NCBI GenBank assembly: GCA_036490955.1
Contig: DASXCX010000080.1
Coordinates: forward strand, 4,906 to 68,905
Length of the DNA: 64,000 nucleotides
From: Stellaceae bacterium
GTDB taxonomy: Bacteria > Pseudomonadota > Alphaproteobacteria > ATCC43930 > CGMCC-115725
Direction: 5' to 3'
A program made the position numbers and the translations under genes. Below are positions 1 through 9,855 of this stretch, piece after piece (position 1 is the first letter of the stretch; the number at the start of each line of letters is the position of its first letter). Below the pieces are notes generated by a model, which saw only the letters and a program-made list of their open reading frames with translations, made no database searches and was not told where the DNA came from.

Positions 1-534
1 GAATTCGCGGTAGAGATCGCTGACGCCCTCCCAAGGCACGATCGCCTTCAGATGCGGCGGCCGCAGCGGCGCGACGCGCCATTGCGACATCGCGAGATAG
101 GAGACGCCGGAAAGCGCGACGCCGCCCTCGCACCAGCTTTGCGCCGCCGCCCATTCGATCAGATCGTAGTAATCCTCGGCATCCCGATCGCTCAGCACGC
201 CGGCGCGGCCTTCGGATTTGTGCATGCCGCGCACATCGGCCTGCATCACGGCATAGCCGGCGCGCACCCAGTAGAAAGGGTCGGGGGCCTCGAAGCCGGT
301 ATAACGCGAGATGTTGATGTCGCCGAAGCGCACGCCGGCAAGCCACATGAAGAAATTGCCGATACGGTCGGGCAATTTGTCCTTACCGTAGGGCGTGACC
401 GACATCAGCACCGGCACGCGTTTGCCGTCGGCGGGGCGGAAGACATTCGCGCTGAGCTTCATGCCGTCGCGCATCGGCACGACGACGTCGCGCTCGAAGA
501 GGATACCGGCGGCGCGCAGCTCGCTATCGTTCAT
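1..534 (-). CDS. CocE/NonD (S15 X-Pro dipeptidyl-peptidase) family hydrolase, N-terminal part; 3' end runs off the window
   Basis: Not in the ORF track because there is no stop inside the window. My minus-strand translation from ATG 534..532 reads MNDSELRAAGILFERDVVVPMRDGMKLSANVFRPADGKRVPVLMSVTPYGKDKLPDR...GVSYLAMSQW, a typical CocE/NonD N-terminus. ATGA overlap with the stop of the upstream gene. Confidence 0.7.
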   Translation of the reverse strand, partial: MNDSELRAAGILFERDVVVPMRDGMKLSANVFRPADGKRVPVLMSVTPYGKDKLPDRIGNFFMWLAGVRFGDINISRYTGFEAPDPFYWVRAGYAVMQADVRGMHKSEGRAGVLSDRDAEDYYDLIEWAAAQSWCEGGVALSGVSYLAMSQWRVAPLRPPHLKAIVPWEGVSDLYREF

Positions 535-1463
535 GGCGCAATCAGGCTCGCCGGATCGATATCGTGCTCGATGAGACCCTGCTGGCGCATCGTGGTGACC
601 CAGAATTGCAGCCCTTCGGGTTTCACCGGCACTTCCAGACCCGAGGGGATCTTCAGCGTCGCGGCCGCTTCCGGCGGCAGCTTGGTATGGGCGGCGATGG
701 CCGCGCGCACCGCTGCGGCGTTGCTGGGATCGTTGATGAAGGTGATCGCCTCGGCCATGGAAGCGCGGAGTTCCGCGAGTGGCTCTCGGTTTTCTGCCGC
801 CCAGGCGCGCGTCGTCGCATAGAGCACTGGGATAGTGCCGGCCGGGACCGCGGCTTCGAAATCGCCCATTGGATAGCCGACACCGCTTTGCACAATGCGG
901 CTGTAGAACGGCTCGACCGGCACCGCGGCGTCGACCAGGCCGCTTTTCAGCGCATCGCCCATCTGGCGCAACTGCACTTCGAGCCATTGCACCTTCGTGT
1001 CGTCACCGCCGGCCTTGCGCACCCAATCGCGCACCAGCACCTCGAAGATGCCGCCGAGGCTCGGCAAACCGACTTTGTGTCCCATCAGGTCGCGGGTCTC
1101 TTTGAGACCGCTGCCGGTGCGTCCGACGATCTGTCCATCGGCGGCGGAGGGATAGGCGGCGGTATTGGCAACGGCGACCAGATCGATGCCTTGCTCATGC
1201 GCCTGGACCAGCACCGTGGCGGTCGGCGCCGCGAGCTGCACCGAGCCTGACACCAGCGCCGGCGGCATGACCGCACCGCTTTGCGCCGGCGTGAATTCGA
1301 CGTCGAGCTCGTGCTTCTCGAGGATGCCCTGATCCTTGGCGACGAACATCGCGGCGAAAGACGCCGAGGCATTGTGCATGAAGGTTATCTTGGTCGCGGC
1401 GAAACTGGGCGGAGCGGTTGCCGCGATCAGCACGGCGACCGCTAATGGAGCGATGCGACGCAT
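531..1463 (-). CDS. ABC-type periplasmic substrate-binding protein (NMT1/THI5, NitT/TauT-like)
   Basis: 310-aa ORF with signal peptide MRRIAPLAVAVLIAATAPPSFA. Length and composition are typical of sulfonate/nitrate-type SBPs. No permease or ATPase gene is adjacent. Confidence 0.8.
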   Translation of the reverse strand: MRRIAPLAVAVLIAATAPPSFAATKITFMHNASASFAAMFVAKDQGILEKHELDVEFTPAQSGAVMPPALVSGSVQLAAPTATVLVQAHEQGIDLVAVANTAAYPSAADGQIVGRTGSGLKETRDLMGHKVGLPSLGGIFEVLVRDWVRKAGGDDTKVQWLEVQLRQMGDALKSGLVDAAVPVEPFYSRIVQSGVGYPMGDFEAAVPAGTIPVLYATTRAWAAENREPLAELRASMAEAITFINDPSNAAAVRAAIAAHTKLPPEAAATLKIPSGLEVPVKPEGLQFWVTTMRQQGLIEHDIDPASLIAP

Positions 1464-1580
1464 TCGTTTCCTCCAGCATTACACCGACCCTAACACGCCG
1501 TTGCGAGGAGCGCAGCGCCGAAGCAATCCAGGGCGTCGCATGGAATTCTGGATTGTTTGCTCGCCATGACGTCAACCGGC

Positions 1581-1617
1581 AAAACGAAAGAGGGCGTCTC
1601 TTGCGAGACGCCCTCTT
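1581..1617 (-). terminator. Rho-independent terminator after the coxM-like gene
   Basis: Perfect 13-bp stem AAGAGGGCGTCTC/GAGACGCCCTCTT (1588..1600 / 1605..1617) with loop TTGC. On the minus strand it is followed by CTTTCGTTTT. Confidence 0.65.
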
Positions 1618-1638
1618 ACGCAGATTAGCCGGGTCGGC

Positions 1639-2433
1639 TCAGCCGCAGGCTTGGACCGCGCGGCGCGCCATCACATTGACGAGGTGCGCGCGATATTCGG
1701 CGCTCGCATGGATGTCGGAGTTGAGACCGGCATCGGGCTGCTTGATGTCCTTGATCGCGTCCGGCGAGAAGTTCTTCGACAACGCCGTTTCCATGTCCTT
1801 CTGACGGAAGGCGCAGGCGCCGGCACCGGTAACGCCGACACGGACATTGTTGCCGGTCTTGGCGACGAACACGCCGACGATCGCATAGCGCGAAGCCGGG
1901 TTCGGGAATTTCATATAGGCGGACTTCTCGGGGATCGGGAAGCTGATCGCCGTGATGAGTTCGCTTGGCTCGAGGGCGGTCTCGAAGAGTCCCTTGAAGA
2001 AATCGTCGGCCGCGATCTCGCGCTTATTGGTGATGATGGTTGCGTTGAGCGCGAGCACGCTCGACGGATAATCCGCCGCCGGATCGCTGTTGGCGATCGA
2101 GCCGCCGCAAGTGCCGCGATGGCGCACGGCCGGATCACCGATATGGCCGGCGAGATGGGCGAGGCCCGGGATCGACTGCTTCACGACGTCGGAATTGGCG
2201 ACATCGAAATGCCGCGTCATCGCGCCGATGACGATGGCATTGCCTTCCTTCTTGATGCCCTTGAGCTCGGCAATCTTACCGAGATCGACGACGTCGGAGG
2301 GCTTGGCGAGACGCTGTTTCAGGGTCGGGAGCAGCGTCATGCCGCCGGCCATGACCTTGCCTTCCTCGACGCCGGAGACGAGCTTGGAGGCCTCGTCGAC
2401 GCTCTTCGCTTGGTGGTAGTTGAAATTATACAT
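1639..2433 (-). CDS. Molybdopterin-dehydrogenase FAD-binding medium subunit (CoxM/CutM-like)
   Basis: 264 aa. MAGGMTLLPTLKQRL and CGGSIANSDPAADYP motifs are typical of xanthine dehydrogenase/CODH family FAD subunits. Lies directly downstream of the 2Fe-2S subunit. Confidence 0.85.
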   Translation of the reverse strand: MYNFNYHQAKSVDEASKLVSGVEEGKVMAGGMTLLPTLKQRLAKPSDVVDLGKIAELKGIKKEGNAIVIGAMTRHFDVANSDVVKQSIPGLAHLAGHIGDPAVRHRGTCGGSIANSDPAADYPSSVLALNATIITNKREIAADDFFKGLFETALEPSELITAISFPIPEKSAYMKFPNPASRYAIVGVFVAKTGNNVRVGVTGAGACAFRQKDMETALSKNFSPDAIKDIKQPDAGLNSDIHASAEYRAHLVNVMARRAVQACG

Positions 2434-2443
2434 GGCCGCCCCC

Positions 2444-2914
<471 letters not shown>

Positions 2915-2931
2915 TCGTCGTCCTCCCTCAT

Positions 2932-2971
2932 ACTCAGGCGCCCATCTCTTGGGCGAACTCAGGCGCCCATC
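2932..2971. repeat. 15-bp direct repeat ACTCAGGCGCCCATC x2 in the coxG-coxS spacer
   Basis: Exact copies at 2932..2946 and 2957..2971, 25 bp centre to centre, in non-coding DNA. Confidence 0.8.
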
Positions 2972-3043
2972 CCCGGACGCCCTGCGCACGACCGAGTTTC
3001 GTGTCCAGCGGCGCTTCGGTCAAGCGGCCAAGCGCTGCTTTCT

Positions 3044-3766
3044 TCAATGATTGAACCACCATAGCAGCGCGAGCACGACGATGGCGAGGAGACTGACCCA
3101 GACCATCGGCGAAAGACGCTTGCTCTCGCTGCCGGGCGCGCTCGAGGGCGGCGTGCGGTCGGGTGGCGGCATGTCGACCGAGCCGCCGGGCGGCGGCGGT
3201 GTGACCGCGACGGCGACCGGCGGCGCTTCCGCGGCAGTGCCCGCATCGCCCGCGGGCATGGACGTGCTTGGCGCGGCCGCGGAGGGTGCTGCCGCTGTGG
3301 CAGGCGTGGTGGCGGCAGGTGCGCTGCCGGCGACGACGAGTTGCGCGAATTTCGCGAAGAAATTTTCGGCCATCTGGCGCGCGGTCGCATCGATGAGCCG
3401 CGACCCGATTTGCGCGAGCTTGCCGCCGACATTCGCCTCGACGGTGTAGCTCAGCTTCGTGCCGTCGCCGTCGTCGGTGAGCTTCACGGTGGCGCCGCCT
3501 TTGGCGAAGCCGGCCGGGCCGCCGGTGCCTTCGCCCATGATCTTGTAGCCGTTCGGCGGGTCGCGATCGGAGATCGTGACCTTGCCGCCGAAGCGCGCGC
3601 TCACGGGTCCGACCTTGGCGCGCACCGTCGCGCTCATCTCGGTGTCGGAATGCTTGGTGATCGTCTCGCAGCCCGGGATCGCCTGTTTCAGGATCTCGGG
3701 ATCGTTGAGCGCGTCCCATACTTTTTGGCGCGGCGCCGCAATGCGGTATTCGCCGGTCATATCCAT
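3044..3766 (-). CDS. CoxG-like SRPBCC protein with Pro/Ala-rich linker and C-terminal TM anchor
   Basis: Trimmed to [34 protein letters not shown] (ATG 3766, GGAGGC upstream). The C-terminus ...[22 protein letters not shown] is hydrophobic. Confidence 0.8.
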   Translation of the reverse strand: MDMTGEYRIAAPRQKVWDALNDPEILKQAIPGCETITKHSDTEMSATVRAKVGPVSARFGGKVTISDRDPPNGYKIMGEGTGGPAGFAKGGATVKLTDDGDGTKLSYTVEANVGGKLAQIGSRLIDATARQMAENFFAKFAQLVVAGSAPAATTPATAAAPSAAAPSTSMPAGDAGTAAEAPPVAVAVTPPPPGGSVDMPPPDRTPPSSAPGSESKRLSPMVWVSLLAIVVLALLWWFNH

Positions 3767-3908
3767 CGTAAATGCCTCCGCCTTACAGCGCGCGAAATTA
3801 TGGTGAGCGACCGTAGCGCTCGACCTACCGATGGGCAAGCAAACGGGGCCTGTTCTCGCCGCATGCGTGCATGCGTGAAACGCGCCTCCGCCGAAACGCG
3901 AAGCGCCA

Positions 3909-4865
3909 TCAGCCGAAACGCGGGAAGAGACGCAGCGCGTTGTCGCGATGGATCGCTTGCAGCAGCGCCGGCGCGAGATCGAGCTTCGTCAGCGCCTCGA
4001 CGATGCCGGTGGTCGAGCCGAACGGCGCATCGGAGCCGTAGGTGATCTGCGTCGACGGCCAGAGCTTCAGCACCGCCGCCATGCCAGCGGGATTGAGGGC
4101 AACACTCGCCACATCATAATACTGCCGCTGCAATTCGTATTCCGCGCCCTTTGGCACGAAGCGCGCCCGATCCTCTGGCGAGAGGGTGCGCACGCTGCCG
4201 ATCACGCGCTGCACGATCGACGGCAGCGTGCCGCCGCCATGCGAGAAGAGGAAGGTGACGTTCGGGCAACGCGCGAAGGTGCCGCGCAGCAAGAGGCTGG
4301 CGATAGCCCGGGCGCTGTCGGTTGGGAATTCGATCGTCGGTCCGGAGACGCCGGGAAAGACATTTCCGCAGCACGACATCGTCGGATGGACGAAGACCTT
4401 GGCGTTGCGGCGGTTGAGTTCGTCGAACACCGGATCGAAAGCCGGATCGCCCAAGAGCTTGCCGGCGTAAGAGGTGAGCACTCCGATGCCGTCGAGCTTC
4501 AGCACGTCGAGCGCATAGGCCGTCTCGGCGAGGCTGCCGTCGATATCGGGCACCGGGATCGCGCCGAACATGCCGAAGCGTTTGGGATGCTCGCGCATCA
4601 TCGCGGCGCCGAATTCGTTGCAGTCGCGCGCGCGGGCACGATTGTCGGCGGCGCTGTCGCCTTCGAACCATACGCCGGGACTGGTGATCGAGGTGATCGC
4701 GCTCTCGATGCCGGCCTTGTCCATCTGCTCGAGCGCGAGGCCCGGCGTCCAATTCTGATAGGCCGAGGCGGGGAGGATCGTCGCATCGTCGAGCAGGCGC
4801 TTGATATTCTGCGCGACGTAGCGCGATGGATAAATGTGATGATGGGTGTCGATGATGCGCGGCAT
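3909..4865 (-). CDS. Amidohydrolase_2 family (ACMSD-like) metal-dependent hydrolase/decarboxylase
   Basis: 318 aa with N-terminal IDTHHHIYP metal motif. Confidence 0.75.
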   Translation of the reverse strand: MPRIIDTHHHIYPSRYVAQNIKRLLDDATILPASAYQNWTPGLALEQMDKAGIESAITSITSPGVWFEGDSAADNRARARDCNEFGAAMMREHPKRFGMFGAIPVPDIDGSLAETAYALDVLKLDGIGVLTSYAGKLLGDPAFDPVFDELNRRNAKVFVHPTMSCCGNVFPGVSGPTIEFPTDSARAIASLLLRGTFARCPNVTFLFSHGGGTLPSIVQRVIGSVRTLSPEDRARFVPKGAEYELQRQYYDVASVALNPAGMAAVLKLWPSTQITYGSDAPFGSTTGIVEALTKLDLAPALLQAIHRDNALRLFPRFG

Positions 4866-4969
4866 GGATCCTCCCGTCTTCCTTGCGGCGTTATAGCAGA
4901 TTCATCGCACCGAGCATTGCCCGCTGCCGGCCGCGTCCGATATGGTGCCGCGGGAGAGGGGTATCGCGC

Positions 4970-6085
4970 ATGAAATTCTCGGTTTTCAACGGCATGCCTT
5001 ATGGGCGAACGCGCATGCCGGGCAATAAATGGCCGGTGCCCAACCAATATTTCGAACCCGATCAGGCGCGGCGCGCGGTCGCGTCGTGTCTCGAAGAAGT
5101 CGCGATGGAAGACGAGCTCGGCTTCGATTGGATTGCGTGCGCCGAGCATCATTATTCGCCCTTCAACCTCGCCCCCAACGTCACCGTGCTGGCGAGCGCG
5201 CTGACCCAGCATGTGAAGCGCGCCAAGATCGCGATCCTCGGCGCGTTGATCCCGCTCACCGGTAATCCGGTTCGCATCGCCGAAGAATACGCGATGATCG
5301 ATAATCTTTCCGGCGGCCGGCTGGTCGCGGGGCTGCTGCGCGGCGCGCCGTACGAGTATCTCGTCTACAACGTGAACCCGGCGGAATCGCGCACGCGTTT
5401 CGAAGAAGCGTGGGATTTGATTATCAAAGCCTGGACCGACCGCATGCCGTTCGGCTGGGAAGGCAAGTATTACCACTATCGCAACGTCTCGATCTGGCCG
5501 CGCCCGCTGCAAGAGCCGACGCCGCCGATCTATGTCTCTGGATCGAGCCGAGAATCCGGCGAGTTCGCCGCGCGCAAGAAAGTCGGGCTTGGCCTCGCTT
5601 TCACCAACATGCCGCTCGCCGCCGATGCCGCGAAGCATTATCGCGCGAAATGCGCCGAGTATGGCTGGGCGCCGGAAGCGGAGCAGATCATCTACCAACT
5701 CCCCATCCATGTCGGCGAGACCGACGAGCAGGCTTTCGATGTGGTGCGGCCGATGTTCGGCCACACCATGCCGGCCGGCGGCCTCAGCGACATGAACCGG
5801 TTGGTCGCGACCTCCGGCTTCTATGGCAAGGGCGATACCAATCTGCTCGCGCGGTTCAAGGATCTCACGGCCGACGAGCCGAAGAGCCTCGAAGAGGCGC
5901 TCGAGCGCGGCACGATGATCGTCGGTGGACCGAAAACCGTGCTGGAGCAGATCAAGCGGCTCAACCGGGAGATCGGCTGCGGCATGCTCAATCTCATCTT
6001 CGACCGGAGCGGCGCGCCGGATAAGAAACGGCGCTCGATCGAGCTCTTCGCCAAAGAAGTAATGCCCGCGGCGCGGGAGATTTGA
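4970..6085 (+). CDS. LLM-class (luciferase-like) flavin-dependent oxidoreductase
   Basis: Trimmed to MKFSVFNG (ATG 4970, GGGAGAGGGG upstream). Contains AEHHYSPF... and SGGRLVAGLLRG motifs. Confidence 0.8.
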   Translation: MKFSVFNGMPYGRTRMPGNKWPVPNQYFEPDQARRAVASCLEEVAMEDELGFDWIACAEHHYSPFNLAPNVTVLASALTQHVKRAKIAILGALIPLTGNPVRIAEEYAMIDNLSGGRLVAGLLRGAPYEYLVYNVNPAESRTRFEEAWDLIIKAWTDRMPFGWEGKYYHYRNVSIWPRPLQEPTPPIYVSGSSRESGEFAARKKVGLGLAFTNMPLAADAAKHYRAKCAEYGWAPEAEQIIYQLPIHVGETDEQAFDVVRPMFGHTMPAGGLSDMNRLVATSGFYGKGDTNLLARFKDLTADEPKSLEEALERGTMIVGGPKTVLEQIKRLNREIGCGMLNLIFDRSGAPDKKRRSIELFAKEVMPAAREI

Positions 6086-6088
6086 GCG

Positions 6089-6877
6089 ATGAGCATCACA
6101 GATAAATTCCTCGACGCCGGCGGCATCAAATTTCAGTACCGTGAGGTCGGCGAGAAGGGCAAGGTCATCGTCTTCTTGCACGGCGCGGGCGGCCAATCGC
6201 CGAAAGCCTCACGCTTCCCGGCGCTGCTCGGCGAGCGTCATCGCGTGCTGATCCCGTCACGGCCCGGCTTCGACCAGACGCCGATCGGCGACTGCAAGAC
6301 GCAGCAAGATATCGCCGAAGCTGTCGCGAAATTTATTGCCGCCGCCGCGCCGGGACAAAAGGTGCATCTCGTCGCGCAATCGGCCGGCGGTGCGATCGGC
6401 TGCTGGTTGACGGTATTGCATCCGGAATTGGTCGAAAGCCTCGTGCTGTCGGCCCCGGCGGCGTTCGCGGTTCGGCATGGCCCATCGAGCGGCGGCCAGC
6501 CCAGCCTCGCCGAGATGGCGAAGCGGCTCTATGGCGAGGAGCCCGCTTGGGATTCCGCGCCGACCGACGAAGAGAAGCAGCAGACCGGCAAGAACGCGCA
6601 AGCGAATATGGCGCGCTTCGCCTCGGCGGATGCGAACTCGGATCTCAAAGCGCGGCTGGGTGAGATCAATGTGCCGGTCCTGCTCCTTGTCGCCGGTGCC
6701 GACCAGATGATTCCCGAAGCGGCGATGACGCCTTATCAGGAGCTCATCCCACATTGCACACGCATCATCCTCTATGGCGCGGCGCATGAGCTGCCGATCT
6801 CAGCGGCGACGATCTGGGTGAAGCTGGTCGCCGATTTCGTCGATCGGGGCGAATACTTCGTCGTGAATATGGGATAG
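6089..6877 (+). CDS. Alpha/beta-fold hydrolase
   Basis: 262 aa. FLHGAGG oxyanion region and AQSAGG nucleophile elbow. Follows the LLM gene by 3 nt. Confidence 0.8.
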   Translation: MSITDKFLDAGGIKFQYREVGEKGKVIVFLHGAGGQSPKASRFPALLGERHRVLIPSRPGFDQTPIGDCKTQQDIAEAVAKFIAAAAPGQKVHLVAQSAGGAIGCWLTVLHPELVESLVLSAPAAFAVRHGPSSGGQPSLAEMAKRLYGEEPAWDSAPTDEEKQQTGKNAQANMARFASADANSDLKARLGEINVPVLLLVAGADQMIPEAAMTPYQELIPHCTRIILYGAAHELPISAATIWVKLVADFVDRGEYFVVNMG

Positions 6878-6921
6878 GGGTTGGCAGCCAGGGCGAGTTG
6901 AACCCTCATCGGGGTCTTGCG

Positions 6922-7833
6922 TCAGTTCGTCGACGATAGAAACGCGACCACGTCCTCGATCACGGGCGTCGCTTTTGACTGGAGCGGCGCGGCGAGATCG
7001 GCGATGAGGCGGACGTGACCGACGCCTGGATAGGTCTTAACCGTTACGGGACTCTTATGCGCGCGAAGCGCTTCCGCCAGCCGCATGGTATTGCGGGGTT
7101 GGACGGTCGTGTCGTCGAGTCCGGTCGCGAGCAACATCGGCGCTTCGCCGCCCGCGACGAAGGTGATCGGTTGAGTCTGGCGCGGATCTGGCGCAGAACC
7201 GAGGACGGGGCCTGAATCGTCATCGAGCGGTAAGAAGTCATAAGGTCCCGCGAGCCCGACAAAGCCGCGCAGGTCGCGCCGCGGATCGATGCCGACCTGC
7301 CCGAGCCAGCGGCCATCGAGCGCAAGCATCGCCGCATCGTACGCGCCGGCAGAATGACCCATGAGGTAGAAGCGCTTCGGGTCGAGCCCGAACGCATTTG
7401 CATGTCCGGCGACCCATGAGAATGCCGCCGCATTGTCTTCGAGGAAGGTCGGGAACCGAACTTCCGGAAAGAGCCGGTAATCCGGGATCGCAACAGCAAA
7501 GCCGCGCGCGGCGAAGGCTTGTCCGACGAAGCGATACGTGCCTTTGTCGCCATCACGCCAATCGCCGCCATAGATGAACACGATCGTCGGCAGCGGCGTC
7601 ACGCCTGCATCGGGCAGATAGAGATCGAGCAAGCCTCGCTTCCCCTCGCGGAAGCGCTGATCCGCCACGAGACGATATCCGGTATCCGGCACGAAAGCGT
7701 TGAGGATTTGCGAAGGGGAACAGCCGCTGACGATCGCCGCCGCCGCCGTTGTGGTGACCGCACGCGCCCGAACTAACCACCCGCGGCGGTCTATACCTAA
7801 GGGCGGGGGTTTCACGCTCTCATCGTATGGCAT
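6922..7833 (-). CDS. Alpha/beta hydrolase (esterase/lipase-type), probable lipoprotein
   Basis: Trimmed to MPYDES (ATG 7833). IVSGCS lipobox-like segment, GGDWRDGDK motif and GHSAGAY nucleophile elbow. Confidence 0.7.
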   Translation of the reverse strand: MPYDESVKPPPLGIDRRGWLVRARAVTTTAAAAIVSGCSPSQILNAFVPDTGYRLVADQRFREGKRGLLDLYLPDAGVTPLPTIVFIYGGDWRDGDKGTYRFVGQAFAARGFAVAIPDYRLFPEVRFPTFLEDNAAAFSWVAGHANAFGLDPKRFYLMGHSAGAYDAAMLALDGRWLGQVGIDPRRDLRGFVGLAGPYDFLPLDDDSGPVLGSAPDPRQTQPITFVAGGEAPMLLATGLDDTTVQPRNTMRLAEALRAHKSPVTVKTYPGVGHVRLIADLAAPLQSKATPVIEDVVAFLSSTN

Positions 7834-8115
7834 GGTCGTTGCTCGCGCGGCGATCGTTCCGTTACGGAGGCGCCGGATCGGAAGCAACGCCGGCTTCAGG
7901 ATATGCTCTCGCTTGGAATACGCTCAAACGGGGGAAATAGATGCACGGCAGGTCGATTACGTTGGCGTAGGATGGGATTCTGGCGCGCACTTCCATCGCA
8001 GACGAGTGCCGGCTCGGCTGCGAATGGCAAAAGTCATTGAAGGCGTCGTGGCCGATCATTCCGTTCATATCCGCGGCGACCATGACGGCTGCCGGGAAGA
8101 TCAAGGCTAAAGACT

Positions 8116-8526
8116 ATGCGAGACTCTCGGACCAGCAACGGCAAACGCGCGCTGCAAGTCGTCGTAGCCTTCTGCAGCGTGGTGCCCCTTGCCGCGGGCG
8201 CCGCCGGCATGATCCTCGGCCCCGCCTTGATTACGAATGGCGCTGGAGACAACCGCGACCTCGATGGTCATTTCCGGTATCTCTCCGGTCTGTTGTTCGG
8301 GATCGGACTTGCCTACGCGTTCTCGGTGCCTCGGATCGAGCGGCATCGGCAGCGATTTCTGATGTTGGGCGGTATCGTCGTTCTCGGCGGGTTTGGCCGG
8401 TTGCTTTCGCTTCTCCTGCGCGGGACGCCATCACCGGTCATGCTTGGCGCGCTGGTGATGGAACTTCTCGTGACCCCGAGCCTGACCCTTTGGCAATTGC
8501 GGATTTCCCGCGAGCAAGTAACCTGA
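8116..8526 (+). CDS. DUF4345-like small integral membrane protein
   Basis: 136 aa with four hydrophobic segments. The family call is from memory of its architecture. Confidence 0.55.
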   Translation: MRDSRTSNGKRALQVVVAFCSVVPLAAGAAGMILGPALITNGAGDNRDLDGHFRYLSGLLFGIGLAYAFSVPRIERHRQRFLMLGGIVVLGGFGRLLSLLLRGTPSPVMLGALVMELLVTPSLTLWQLRISREQVT

Positions 8527-8683
8527 GGTCGGGCTCGGCGCGAACGGTGGCAGCGAGGCGCGTCGGCATCGCGGATGGCCGCCATTGCGTGCCGGTTCTG
8601 CCCGAAGTGCCAAAGCCGGCCGGATCGCGGCTTGCCTAGACGGGTTAGAAACCCTTATAAACCCAAGGTATTTCGGCCAGATT

Positions 8684-8760
8684 CGGGGCGTAGCTCAGCC
8701 TGGTAGAGCGCCAGCTTTGGGAGCTGGATGCCGGAGGTTCGAATCCTCTCGCCCCGACCA
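8684..8760 (+). tRNA. tRNA-Pro: tRNA-Pro (anticodon UGG)
   Basis: Hand-folded cloverleaf: acceptor CGGGGCG/CGCCCCG, D stem GCTC/GAGC, anticodon stem CCAGC/GCTGG with loop TTTGGGA, T loop TTCGAAT, encoded CCA. Confidence 0.93.
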
Positions 8761-8778
8761 AATAAGGAACTTCAAGCG

Positions 8779-9075
8779 ATGGCGACCGCACGCATCCTTC
8801 GACCGGCCAAGACCGCGATGCAGTCGGGCAGAGCCGGCACGCGGCTCTGGGTGCTGGAATACGAGCCGGCGACGCCGCGCGATCCGGATCCGCTGATGGG
8901 CTGGGCGAGCGCGCGCGACACACTCAACCAAGTGCGGCTCAAATTCGAAACGCTCGACGAGGCGAAGCAATTCGCCGAGAAGAAAGGCCTCGACTACACC
9001 GTGGTCGAGCCGCAGGAGCGGTCTTTCAAGCCGAAGAGCTACGCCGACAATTTCCGTTACGACCGACCGAATTAA
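8779..9075 (+). CDS. ETC complex I subunit conserved-region protein (NDUFS4-like)
   Basis: Trimmed to MATARILRPAKTAMQSGRA...LMGW...SYADNF, the characteristic alphaproteobacterial NDUFS4-like small protein. Confidence 0.75.
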   Translation: MATARILRPAKTAMQSGRAGTRLWVLEYEPATPRDPDPLMGWASARDTLNQVRLKFETLDEAKQFAEKKGLDYTVVEPQERSFKPKSYADNFRYDRPN

Positions 9076-9096
9076 GCAGCCGCCGGCGGCGCTCGG

Positions 9097-9540
9097 TCAC
9101 TTTTTTGATGACACGTTGAGGTCGGCGGCGGCGCGGATGAGCGTCTTCAGCGCTTTGTCGTCGATCTTGTCGTCTTCGCGAATGTCGATCGCGCGCCGGA
9201 CATTGCCCTCGAGGCTCGAATTAAAGAGGCTGGCCGGGTCCTTGAGCGTGGCGCCCTTGGCGAAGGTCAGCTTTACGACGGCCTTATAGGTTTCGCCGGT
9301 ACAGATCATGCCGTCGCGATACCAGACCGGCACGCCGCGCCACTTCCACTCTTCGATCACGCCGGGAACCGCCGCTTTGATGAGCGCGCGGACATGGGCG
9401 AGCGTCTCGCCCCGCCAGTCGCCCAGTTCCTTGATCCGGGTGTCGATCAGCCGGGACGGTGATGCGCTTTTTGCCGGCGCGCTCTTCTTGCTCCGGCTTT
9501 TTTGGGCGCCGCTTTTTTTCGCAGGGACCTTTTTCATCAT
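9097..9540 (-). CDS. DUF1801-domain protein with Lys-rich N-terminus
   Basis: Trimmed to MMKKVPAKKSG (ATG 9540). Contains an EEWKWRGVPVWY... core. Confidence 0.6.
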   Translation of the reverse strand: MMKKVPAKKSGAQKSRSKKSAPAKSASPSRLIDTRIKELGDWRGETLAHVRALIKAAVPGVIEEWKWRGVPVWYRDGMICTGETYKAVVKLTFAKGATLKDPASLFNSSLEGNVRRAIDIREDDKIDDKALKTLIRAAADLNVSSKK

Positions 9541-9671
9541 GCTCGTGGTTCGCTTTTGACGATGCGAAGCCAAGCGCGCGGCGTGCGGCGCTGTCAAGGC
9601 GCCGGTACGCGAAGCACGCATGGCGCGCGCCAGTTTCTTTTGCCGCCGCTTTCTGCTGATATCGTGCTCGT

Positions 9672-9747
9672 GGGCCCTTAGCTCAGCGGATAGAGCAGCC
9701 GCCTTCTAAGCGGCAGGTCGCTGGTTCGATCCCAGCAGGGCCCGCCA
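9672..9747 (+). tRNA. tRNA-Arg: tRNA-Arg (anticodon UCU)
   Basis: Hand-folded: acceptor GGGCCCT/AGGGCCC, D stem GCTC/GAGC, anticodon stem GCCGC/GCGGC with loop CTTCTAA, T stem GCTGG/CCAGC, encoded CCA. Confidence 0.93.
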
Positions 9748-9855
9748 GCGCTGGAATGTACATCACAAACTCGCGGGCAGTCGGACCCATCCGTAACTGG
9801 GTGGGTCGGCGGCAGCGTCCGCCGTTGCCGGGAGCCCAGGGCCAGGTGCGCTGCC

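Noticed and set aside
1-6. GAATTC at the very start of the window, considered as a possible cloning or contig boundary
   Set aside because: EcoRI sites occur repeatedly throughout the window, and the coding frame of the hydrolase continues smoothly to the edge. Nothing suggests an artificial junction.
52-822. 256-aa plus-strand ORF at the left edge
   Set aside because: It is antisense to two well-supported minus-strand genes (the CocE/NonD hydrolase and the SBP) and has an Arg/Ala/His-rich composition.
4598-6196. 532-aa antisense ORF, with similar long ORFs at 18769..19956, 27802..30021, 34561..35979, 35990..37711, 38291..39757, 41907..43301 and 47849..49066
   Set aside because: All lie antisense to genes with clear family motifs (LLM, NiCoT, TPR-MT, ntrC, ntrY, ntrX, hflX, SBP). 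All have the Arg/Ala/Gly/Pro-rich composition typical of spurious frames in high-GC DNA.
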